Source: Candidatus Dormiibacterota bacterium (GTDB lineage Bacteria; Chloroflexota; Dormibacteria; Aeolococcales; Aeolococcaceae). Taken from it: DNA of 25,848 bases. Positions 1 through 7,826 of this stretch are shown in pieces. Numbering within the stretch: the first letter of the stretch is position 1; the number at the start of each line of letters is the position of its first letter. A program made the translations under genes and the position numbers. The notes under the pieces are model-generated. The model ran no database searches. It was not told the DNA's origin and saw nothing but the letters and a program-made list of their open reading frames with translations. The stretch covers positions 1-25,848 of the forward strand of contig CATPAP010000285.1 in assembly GCA_955651875.1 (NCBI GenBank), read 5' to 3'.

Positions 1-1
1 G

Positions 2-3000
2 GCCTCCACCATCGCCGGTTTGCGCGCCGCCGAGGCGAAGACGCTCGCCGCGATGCGCGACGGCGTCGACGTCGTCTACCAGGCCAGCTTCTTCGACGGT
101 CGCTGGCGCGGCCACGCCGATTTCCTGCGCCGCGTGGGCACGCCCAGCGGGCTCGGCGACTGGAGCTACGAGGCCCACGACACCAAGCTGGCTCGCCGCA
201 CCAAGGCGGGCACACTCCTGCAGCTCGGCGACTACTCGAGGCAGCTGGCGCGCCTGCAGCGACTGGCGCCGCGGTCGCTGCACGTCGTGCTCGGCGATGA
301 CACCGTCGACTCATTTCTCTACGCCGACGTGTCGTCGTACCTCGAGGCGGTGCGCCCGCGGTTCGAGGCAGCCGTTGAGGCGGGCCTGGTCGCCACCTCG
401 CCCGACCCGGTCGAGATGTGCGACTACTGCGTCTGGAAGGACCGCTGCAGCGGCGAGTGGCGGCGAGCCGACCATCTCTCCCTGGTCGCCGGCATCCGCC
501 GTGACCAGCGCAGCAGCCTTGTCGCCGCGGGAGTCTGCACGCGGACGGCGCTCGCTGCGATCCCGGCCGGCACGGAGGTTCCGCAGGTCCGCGATGCCGC
601 GCTGTCGGGGCTCCGCAAGCAGGCCGCCCTCCAGCTGCAGACCGTTCGGGGCGGTGCCATCGCTTGGGCTCTCGTCGACCCCGAGCCCGATGCTCCCCAC
701 CGTGGCCTCGCCGCGCTTCCCGCGCCGTCGCCGGGCGACATCTTCTTCGACATGGAGGGCGACCAGTTCGTCGGGACCGCGGGCCGCGAGTACCTCTTCG
801 GCTGGGTCGAGGGGGAAGGGGTCGGAGCGCCATTCCGGACCCTGTGGGCGCACGACCCCGCCGCCGAGAGGGCAGCATTCGAGGCATTCATCGACACGGT
901 GATCGACAGGCAGACAAGCGACCCGGGCATGCACGTGTACCACTACGCGGCGTATGAACCCGCGGCGATGAAAAAGCTGATGGGCCGCTACGCCACACGC
1001 GAAGACGAGGTTGACGCCCTGCTCCGTGCGGGCGTCTTCGTCGATCTCTACCGCGCCGTCAAGCAGGGCGTCCGCATCGGCGTGGAGTCGTACTCGATCA
1101 AGAAGCTCGAGCCGCTCTACATGGCGTCGCGGGCTTCGGAGATCACCGACGCAGGCACCAGCATCGTGCAATACGAGCTATGGCTCGACGAGAGGCGCGA
1201 CGCCATCCTCGAGCCGATCCGCCGCTACAACGAGGACGACTGTCGCTCTCTTGTCGGGCTGCGCGGGTGGCTGGAGACGCGGCGCGCGGAGCTCGAGCAG
1301 CGGATTGGGCCGCTGTCGCGACCTCCGCTGGTCGATGGTGCCGCGCCGGACGCGGTGGCGGCAGGGACTGCGGAGGCGGACCGACTCGCTGCCGAGCTCA
1401 CCGCGGGCATCCCCATCGATCCGCAGCGGCAGACTGCTGAGCAGCACGCCCTCTCATTGCTCGCCGCTCTCCTTGACTGGCACAGGCGCGACGCCAAACC
1501 GGGATGGTGGGAGTATTTCGCGCGCAGGGACGCGTCCGATGAGGAACTCATCGAGGACGGCTCGTCCATCGGCGGCTTGGTTTTCCAGGGCGATGGCGGC
1601 ATCCACAAGAAGTCACGGTTGTACCGGTTCAGCTTCCCTGTGCAGGAGACCAAGATCAAGGTAGGGGACAACGTCGAAGATCCGCGGACACACGATGACG
1701 CCACGGGCGGCTGGGCCACCCGAAGGGCCGGTTCCATCCACGACATCGACACGACACGGGGCATCCTCGTGCTCAAGTGCACGGAGCTGCTCGAGCCGAT
1801 GCCGACGGCGGTGATCGCGCGCGGCCAGCCCGACGCCGCCGTCCTTCGCGCTGCGCTTCTGCGCGTCGGAGAGTGGGTTCGCGACCACGGTATCGATTCA
1901 CCCGGCAGCTTCCGCGCAATCCGCGACCTCCTGTTACGCCACCGGCCTCGCATCGCAGGAGTCCGCGACGGTGAGGCGCTGCGACGTGATGGTGAGGATG
2001 TGGTCAGCGCCGCCCGACGGTCGATCCGTGACGCCGACAGCACGTGCATCCCCGTGCAGGGGCCGCCGGGCTCCGGCAAGACCTACACCGGCGCCGCTGC
2101 CATCCTCGATCTTGTCACCGCGACGCCCCCCAGACCGGTCGCGGTCACCGCTCTGTCCCACCGCGCGATCACGCACCTGCTCAGTCGGGTGTGCGACGAG
2201 GCGCGCAACCGGGGCGTCAGCATCCGTGTGCTGCAGAAGAGCGACGACGAGCGCGGCTGCGACGACCCGCAGGTGCGATGCGTCGGCTCGAGCGCTCCGA
2301 TCGTCGCTGCGCGCGAGGAGGGAACGGTCGACGTGGTGGCCGGCACGGCGTGGTTGCTGGCACGCTTGGACATGGCGAGCAGGTTCGACACACTGTTCGT
2401 CGACGAGGCCGGGCAGCTGTCGCTCGCCTACGTCATGGCCATCGGGGGCTGCGCGCGCAACGTCGTTCTGCTCGGCGATCCCCAGCAGCTCGCGCAGCCG
2501 TCGGCTGGCTCACACCCACCCGGAGCGGAGGCGTCAGGGTTGGGACACGTTCTCGAGGATGCTGAGACGATCGCGCCGGATCGCGGCCTGTTCCTCGACC
2601 TCACCTGGCGGATGCATCCCGATGTCTGCTCCTACATCTCGGACATCTTCTATGACTCGCGGTTGCTGCCCGCATCCGACAACCTGCGCCAGCGTGTGCA
2701 CGGGGAGGACGAGCTGTCCGGTGCCGGCCTGCGCTGGTCACCGGTCGTACACACGGGCAACCGCTCCGCCTCGGAGCAGGAGGCCGCGGAGGTCGCGAGC
2801 CTCGTCTCGCGGCTGATCGGCCGCGACTGGACGGACCGCCGCGGCGACCAGCGGATGCTGACCGCCGCCGACATCGTCGTGGTCGCGCCCTACAAGGCTC
2901 ACGTGGCCGCCCTGCGCCGGCAACTTCCTGAGGCGGTGGCGGTTGGCACGGTGGACCGCTTCCAGGGACAGGAGGCTGTGGTGGTCATCTACTCGATGGC

Positions 3001-3259
3001 GACGTCCTTCGCTGAGGACGTACCACGGGGCATGGATTTCCTCTACTCGCGCAACCGGATGAACGTCGCCATCTCGCGTGCCCTCTGCCTGGCGATCCTG
3101 GTCTGCTCGCCGGAACTGCTGCGCGTCTTCTGCACGCGCGCCTCCACCGTCCCCCTCGTCAACGCTCTGAGCGCCTACGTGCAGCGCGCAACCCTGATCG
3201 GCGAGGGGCGACCGGAGTTCACGCAGGGTGCGTTGGAAGCCGCGCCCGCCAATGGCTGA
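2..3259 (+). CDS. TM0106-family RecB/PD-(D/E)XK-like nuclease fused to an RNase H-like domain and a DNA2/UPF1-like SF1 helicase; 5'-partial (frame is open to the left edge)
   Basis: The frame of ORF 20..3259 has no stop back to position 2. Nuclease-like ADFLRR/DTKLA, Cys cluster CDYCVWKDRC, acidic FFDMEGD and YNEDDC motifs, Walker A GPPGSGKT, DEAGQ, GDPQQL, TVDRFQGQE, RMNVAISRA. Confidence 0.9.
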   Translation, partial: ASTIAGLRAAEAKTLAAMRDGVDVVYQASFFDGRWRGHADFLRRVGTPSGLGDWSYEAHDTKLARRTKAGTLLQLGDYSRQLARLQRLAPRSLHVVLGDDTVDSFLYADVSSYLEAVRPRFEAAVEAGLVATSPDPVEMCDYCVWKDRCSGEWRRADHLSLVAGIRRDQRSSLVAAGVCTRTALAAIPAGTEVPQVRDAALSGLRKQAALQLQTVRGGAIAWALVDPEPDAPHRGLAALPAPSPGDIFFDMEGDQFVGTAGREYLFGWVEGEGVGAPFRTLWAHDPAAERAAFEAFIDTVIDRQTSDPGMHVYHYAAYEPAAMKKLMGRYATREDEVDALLRAGVFVDLYRAVKQGVRIGVESYSIKKLEPLYMASRASEITDAGTSIVQYELWLDERRDAILEPIRRYNEDDCRSLVGLRGWLETRRAELEQRIGPLSRPPLVDGAAPDAVAAGTAEADRLAAELTAGIPIDPQRQTAEQHALSLLAALLDWHRRDAKPGWWEYFARRDASDEELIEDGSSIGGLVFQGDGGIHKKSRLYRFSFPVQETKIKVGDNVEDPRTHDDATGGWATRRAGSIHDIDTTRGILVLKCTELLEPMPTAVIARGQPDAAVLRAALLRVGEWVRDHGIDSPGSFRAIRDLLLRHRPRIAGVRDGEALRRDGEDVVSAARRSIRDADSTCIPVQGPPGSGKTYTGAAAILDLVTATPPRPVAVTALSHRAITHLLSRVCDEARNRGVSIRVLQKSDDERGCDDPQVRCVGSSAPIVAAREEGTVDVVAGTAWLLARLDMASRFDTLFVDEAGQLSLAYVMAIGGCARNVVLLGDPQQLAQPSAGSHPPGAEASGLGHVLEDAETIAPDRGLFLDLTWRMHPDVCSYISDIFYDSRLLPASDNLRQRVHGEDELSGAGLRWSPVVHTGNRSASEQEAAEVASLVSRLIGRDWTDRRGDQRMLTAADIVVVAPYKAHVAALRRQLPEAVAVGTVDRFQGQEAVVVIYSMATSFAEDVPRGMDFLYSRNRMNVAISRALCLAILVCSPELLRVFCTRASTVPLVNALSAYVQRATLIGEGRPEFTQGALEAAPANG

Positions 3260-3269
3260 GGTCCGATTC

Positions 3270-4106
3270 TCACGCGCTCTCCGCCAAGAATTCCCGCATC
3301 ACCCCAAGCTGGCGGTGTACGGCGGCGCTGTTCCAGCCATGGCCCTGTTCGCTGTCCACGAACATGCGGATGTTGGAGCGACCGGCGATCAGCCGCCGGA
3401 GCCGCTGCACGTCGACCATGTGATCCTGCTCGGCGACGATCACCAGCGTCTGTCCGTCGCGCTCGAGCAGCGCGCGCAACCCGTCGTAGCGCGATCCGTC
3501 CCGCAACCACTCGCGCGCGGCGGGCGGATAAGCACGGCGCTGGTTATCGAAATTGGCCTGTGATGTTTGCCGGTCGACGTCGCCCTCCGCGATGACGTAG
3601 CGCTTGTACAGGTCGCTCACCGGCCGGTTGCGGCTGAGCGCAACGACGACCTGCCACAGCGGCGGCAGTGTCAGCACGCGCACCTGCTCGCGGTAGAAGC
3701 GGCGGATCAGAGCGGGAGCAAGCAGCGGTGTGTGCAGGACCAGGCGGTCCACGCGCTCGCCGCAGCGCTCCACCAGGGCGCACGCGACCGACGCGCCCAG
3801 GCACAGGCCGGCAACGTCGAGCTCTTCGATCTCGAGACGGTTGAGCAGCGATTCGAGCGCCGTCGCCATGGCCTCCACGGTGTGCCGGCCGGACAGCGGA
3901 GCGGACTCCCCGTTGCCAGGCAGGTCGGGAATGATCAGCCGGCGGAACGTGGCCAATTCGCTGAACCGGCCGCCGAACTCCTCCGCCGAGCTCAGAAACC
4001 CGTGGCACAGGAGCAGCGGCCGGCCCTGCCCGATCGTCAGGCACCGAATCGACGTAGCGCCATCACTGATGTGGAGCTCGTTCATGGAGAGTGCCGTCGC
4101 GGTCAT
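3270..4106 (-). CDS. Alpha/beta-fold hydrolase with a Cys at the nucleophile elbow
   Basis: LCHGFLSS oxyanion region, PDLPGNGES, elbow GLCLG, late EQD and GHG. Alternative start at the MNELH ATG. Confidence 0.85.
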   Translation of the reverse strand: MTATALSMNELHISDGATSIRCLTIGQGRPLLLCHGFLSSAEEFGGRFSELATFRRLIIPDLPGNGESAPLSGRHTVEAMATALESLLNRLEIEELDVAGLCLGASVACALVERCGERVDRLVLHTPLLAPALIRRFYREQVRVLTLPPLWQVVVALSRNRPVSDLYKRYVIAEGDVDRQTSQANFDNQRRAYPPAAREWLRDGSRYDGLRALLERDGQTLVIVAEQDHMVDVQRLRRLIAGRSNIRMFVDSEQGHGWNSAAVHRQLGVMREFLAESA

Positions 4107-4812
4107 GATCGCCCGCCAGTGTACGGATGACCAGCCCCGGGAAGGGGTCGGTCAGGTCAGCGAGGACGTAATCCGCGCCGGCCTGCTTGAGTTCGTCGAC
4201 CTTGTACTTCCCCGTCGCGACGCCGATACCGACCGCGTCCGCTGCGTGTGCCGCGGCGATATCCATCGGCGTGTCGCCGACGACACAGATCCGCAACGGA
4301 TCGAGCGGCGATCCATGCACGACACTGGCGCGGCGAATGGCGATGCGCGTGAGCTCGCCGCGGTCGCGGGAGTCCGAGCCGAATCCCCCAAATGAAAAAT
4401 ACTGATTGAGGCCGGCACGGGCGAGCTTGATGTGGGTCGCCGCTTCAACCGCTCCCGACGTGATGCCGACCAAGACGCCTGTTTCGATCAGCCGCAGCAG
4501 CAGGTTGTCGACCCCTGGGAGCACGTGATACCCGGGTGAGCTGGCGACCTCCTGCGGCAAGAACTCGAGGTACTCGCTCATCAGCAGGGCCAGCTCCTCG
4601 GGCGACGGCTCGCGCCCCATGACGCCGCGGAACGTGATTCGCCCCACCTCGGGATCGGTCATCCCGCCCTTGGTGAACTTGCTGATGTCTGCGGCAACTC
4701 CCCACAGCTTGTCGAAGCCACGCCCCCAAGACCTCGCGCCGGCGCCGCCAGTGCTCACGAGGGTCTCATCGACATCAAAGGCGATCGCCAGCGGGGCCGA
4801 GTCTTGCTTCAT
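4063..4812 (-). CDS. HAD-family hydrolase (phosphoglycolate phosphatase-like)
   Basis: Motif I FDVDETL, ITSG, motif IV VGDTPMD. Start set at the MKQDS ATG (4812) with a GAGGA RBS. Overlaps the start of the downstream hydrolase. Confidence 0.88.
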   Translation of the reverse strand: MKQDSAPLAIAFDVDETLVSTGGAGARSWGRGFDKLWGVAADISKFTKGGMTDPEVGRITFRGVMGREPSPEELALLMSEYLEFLPQEVASSPGYHVLPGVDNLLLRLIETGVLVGITSGAVEAATHIKLARAGLNQYFSFGGFGSDSRDRGELTRIAIRRASVVHGSPLDPLRICVVGDTPMDIAAAHAADAVGIGVATGKYKVDELKQAGADYVLADLTDPFPGLVIRTLAGDHDRDGTLHERAPHQ

Positions 4813-4930
4813 CGCGCCATCCTCGTCACCCGAGTGGACTCCAAAAGGGAGGACACCTGGACGATCGATCAGGCCTCCAATCGGACGAGGCTCCTGGGCT
4901 GCTTGCAAGGGTTGCAGAATACGATGTGGC

Positions 4931-4988
4931 GGTGCCGGGGGAGGGAGTCGAACCCTCACGGGGTTGGCCCCGGCGGTTGTTGAGGCCG
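4931..4988 (-). pseudogene. 3' half of a tRNA-Leu-like sequence (tRNA remnant / possible att site)
   Basis: Minus strand reads CGGC-CTCAACA-ACCG (degenerate anticodon arm, CAA), GGGG-CCAA-CCCC (long variable arm), GAGGG-TTCGACT-CCCTC (perfect T arm), CCCCGGC-A-CC (acceptor 3' strand plus discriminator). No matching GCCGGGG 5' strand or normal D arm upstream. Confidence 0.75.
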
Positions 4989-5151
4989 AGCTTCCGGCGT
5001 TCGCCTGGGCCCGCGCACGGCCGTTCTGTATTCGAATTCAGACGATCGCACATGGCTAGCGCCCGCTGCTGACCGCCGGAAATCGCCCCGTAAGGTGTCA
5101 AGTAGGGTGTCACGATGACGGCGGCAGGCTAGCGAAGCGATAGCCAGTGCA

Positions 5152-5388
5152 TCACCGCGCCCGAAAGTCCAATGGGGTGCCTCGGCCGTGCCTCAGCCTT
5201 CCGGCTGCGGGATTAGCGCGGTCATGCGGCTGACGCGGAAGTGCCGCGGGGGGAAGCGCTCTCCGTCGACGGAAGCCACCCATTGATAGGCCGGCAAGCC
5301 AGATGAGTGCAGCAACGGCACCTGCGGCGGCGGGGAGGATCACGATCATCCCAAGCGTCACGAAGGCGTGAGCGAGATTGCCCCACAT
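5152..5388 (-). CDS. Possible small single-pass membrane protein (MWGNLAHAF...)
   Basis: Hydrophobic stretch FVTLGMIVILPAAAGAVAALIWLAGLSMGG followed by FRRRR. Could start further upstream at 5634. Confidence 0.3.
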   Translation of the reverse strand: MWGNLAHAFVTLGMIVILPAAAGAVAALIWLAGLSMGGFRRRRALPPAALPRQPHDRANPAAGRLRHGRGTPLDFRAR

Positions 5389-6359
5389 GAAATGGCAAAC
5401 TCCAGGTGAAGGTCCGCACGGGCCGTCCGAGCCAGTATGCGCCGTCTGGCGCAAGCGCACGGCGCTGTTGCGGGAGCTGGGCGGTTCGTGCCGAGTCAGT
5501 TCATGAACAACTCGTGGACACGACATGAACACGCAATTCGAACAGCGGCCCGTGTAGGTCCGGTCAAAAGGCGACACCGGAGTTCCGGTACACCCTTGAC
5601 ACCTTGCGGCGCGGTTCCGGCGGTTTCTTGACATGGCGGGTGGCCTGAACCGCGGTACCGAGTGTGGTGCGCCCGTCGTTCAATACATACACGCACCTGT
5701 CTGGTGGAACTGTGTGTGATGGGTCAGGCGCGAGCCAGGAGGGAATGGACAGGGCCTGCGGCGCGGGCGGGCCAGTGCCCGCGACGCGCACCGGGACCAG
5801 GGCGCATGCAGAGGCGGGAGGACTGCGCGACGCCAGGCCGGTGTGTCGCGCAGCAGCCTAAGCCAACGTGGCCATGACGCCGCGGGGTTGGGTCAGACCG
5901 CGAGCTGTCCGCGGGCGGCGGCGGAGGAAGAACGCTCCGGCGACGTCACCCGCGCTAGGACACGCGGTGGAGCGACCTTCCGTCGACAGCACGAAGGTGC
6001 CGGCGACGCTCGCCGGCCCCCTCGCGATGAACCCGGTTGCCTACGCGGCGCGGCGCCACCGACGCGACACTGCCGCGGCACCACCGGCGGTACGAGGCGC
6101 ACCGCGACGAAGGCGCGCCCTTCCGGAGCTCGACTGACGCGGCGAGCCTGTTCATGTGAGCCACGGTCATTGACCGGGCCCTTCCGGTCCGCTCGCCTGA
6201 GCGGGCAGTTGCTGGCGGTGATCCGCGCGGCGGAAGCGGCGCACGGCTCCTCGGCCGGCGATCGTCGCCGGTTGAGGGTCGAACTGGAGCACGTGCAGTC
6301 GGAGGAACCCGCTCACCTCGCTGTGATGAGGGATTACAGGCTGAGGCTGAAGGGTGACC

Positions 6360-6650
6360 ATGGCTCTCCCGCGTAACATCAGGTTCAGCGGGTTGGACTC
6401 GAGCCCTCGCGACCTCTTCGCACAACGCGCTGCCGAGATCGCGGCGGTGGACGAGGAGGCGTTTCCGGACCTCATCGCCGCCGCTGAGGCGACGCTCCTC
6501 AACGACGACGAGAGCGACCTCGCCAGGGTGGGCGCTGGGCTGCTCCGCATTGCCCTGCGGAGTCGTCAGCTCGGAGCCAGCCCCACTGAGGTGCATAGCC
6601 TCCTTCGGCGCTGGGCCGACCTCTTGACGGGCGAGGGTGCGTCCTCGTGA
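6360..6650 (+). CDS. Hypothetical helical protein
   Basis: Acidic, amphipathic, protein-like composition (AAEIAAVDEEAFPDLIAAAEATLL), unlike the Arg/Pro-rich shadow ORFs. No family recognised. Confidence 0.5.
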   Translation: MALPRNIRFSGLDSSPRDLFAQRAAEIAAVDEEAFPDLIAAAEATLLNDDESDLARVGAGLLRIALRSRQLGASPTEVHSLLRRWADLLTGEGASS

Positions 6651-6696
6651 TCCACGTCCGTCAACCCCGACGGGCGAGCGGCACAGCGGTGCGCTC

Positions 6697-6930
6697 GTGA
6701 CCTCCGACCCGAAACGGCATCATTACGTTCCTCGCTTTCTGCTCAGACGCTTTGCCGAGAAGCCAGAGGACAAGAATCCGGCGATCTGGCGCTTGAACAA
6801 AGCCACCGGCGCCAGCGCCCGCCGCAGCGTCGATAACGAGGGTGTGATCGGTCACTACTACCGCCCCTCCAATGCGACTGGCCTGCCGCCTGGGTTTCCG
6901 GAGAAGGTGCTCTCCGACGTCGAAGGCTCA
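6697..6930 (+). pseudogene. DUF4238-domain protein, N-terminal fragment only
   Basis: GTG start then HHYVPRFLLRRF, the typical DUF4238 N-terminal motif. Plausible sequence ends near LSDVEGS, where antisense HsdS sequence begins. Confidence 0.7.
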
Positions 6931-7275
6931 GCTAGCGGCGGTAGTGGCAGCAGCGCGGGGGCCATCCGCGTAAGGTCACGCGGGGGAGTGCTGCGCCCTT
7001 CATGAACCCGCGCATCTGGTCGTACAAGAATGGGGATCGGAGAAAGGCGACAAGGAGGCGGTTGTATAGACCTGCGGGCACTTTGAGTAGGGCGACGCTC
7101 GACAACATACTGAACGGCTCGTCGAGATCGTTCACGGTAACGACCCCAGTCGTCGCGCCATCCTTGATGTAGAGAACGTCGCCCTTGGCTGGGTTGCAAC
7201 GAGCAAAAATCTCGTCATGCACTGGCGCCGATACGTAGGTGACGTTCTTCAGCGATACATTCGGCTTGAAGACAG
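6926..7275 (-). pseudogene. hsdS: Type I restriction-modification specificity subunit (HsdS) internal fragment, frameshifted
   Basis: VSLKNVTYVS...GDVLYIKDGATTGVV...LSSVALLK...FLRSP...GAALPRVTL, continuing in another frame as RMAPALLPLPPLAE (the HsdS conserved-region LPPLxEQ motif). One base appears to be missing near 6969. No start, and no hsdM or hsdR nearby. Confidence 0.8.
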
Positions 7276-7349
7276 CGGTCGTCCCATCGGTGAATCTGAC
7301 CACCGTGCAGACAGGGTCGTTGAAGAGTCGAGAGGGCAGGAGACACGAT

Positions 7350-7559
7350 ATGTCCACCAACGGGACAATCAAGAAGGTCCAGTCGGACCGCGGATTCGGC
7401 TTTATCGCCGCCGAGGATGGAGAGGAGTACTTCTTCCATCGCAGCGGCCTCGACCCATCCCTGAACTTCGACAGCCTCGCCGGTGGCGAGGCCGTGACCT
7501 TCGAGGTCGAGAAGAGCGACAAGGGTCCACGAGCCAACCGCGTGCGCGCGGCCGGCTGA
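7350..7559 (+). CDS. Cold-shock domain protein (Csp), 69 aa
   Basis: GTIKKVQSDRGFGFI (RNP1), YFFHRS (RNP2), VTFEVEKSDKGPRA. AGGAG RBS at 7338-7342. Confidence 0.95.
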   Translation: MSTNGTIKKVQSDRGFGFIAAEDGEEYFFHRSGLDPSLNFDSLAGGEAVTFEVEKSDKGPRANRVRAAG

Positions 7560-7570
7560 CCCAGCCGGAC

Positions 7571-7598
7571 GGGGATCGGCGGCGTGCCGCCGGTCCCC
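7571..7598 (+). terminator. GC-rich hairpin after csp
   Basis: GGGGATCGGCGGC / GCCGCCGGTCCCC inverted repeat 12 bp after the stop; no U-tract. Confidence 0.45.
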
Positions 7599-7826
7599 AA
7601 CCCCGTCCAGGACACTCCGTGGCCCCGTCCCAGAGGCGGCCCAACGGCGGCACGGGGGATTGTCGGCCAGCTGGGACTGAGCGAACGTGCCGCAGCGGTC
7701 GATCCCCTTACATCACATCAAACGTCGAAAACCGCAAGGTAGCCAGACTGTTGACCATCTGTTACAGTGTGACCCAGTAGAAGCGTTTGGGGCATTCACC
7801 CCGCTTAGGGCCAACGGAGGTCGGAC

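Larger units (their letters stand above)
4931..7300. mobile_element. Decayed genomic-island remnant (boundaries approximate)
   Basis: tRNA 3' fragment at the left end, low density of credible ORFs, truncated DUF4238 and HsdS fragments. No integrase in the window. Confidence 0.4.

Noticed and set aside
4927-5020. Intact tRNA-Leu or tRNA-Sec (minus strand ends GCCA and contains TCA)
   Set aside because: The 5' segment pairs with the acceptor strand only with a bulge, there is no normal D arm, the anticodon stem is short and mismatched, and TCA is not centred in a 7-nt loop.
5596-5633. Two perfect TTGACA -35 hexamers
   Set aside because: Neither has a plausible -10 element 16-18 bp downstream, and no credible gene follows.
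5640-6376. Several overlapping ORFs (5843..6376, 5868..6137, 5955..6596 and others)
   Set aside because: Arg/Pro/Ala-rich with no recognisable motif. The last ~60 codons before 6376 look slightly protein-like, but not enough to call.
7285-7299. TDGTT as the HsdS TDGTH-like motif extending the fragment
   Set aside because: Spacing to VSLKNVTY is shorter than I would expect, so it may be chance; the boundary is left approximate.
6932-7615. 227-aa minus-strand ORF as an intact gene
   Set aside because: Its N-terminal half is antisense to csp; only the distal part is HsdS-like, and that part is frameshifted.
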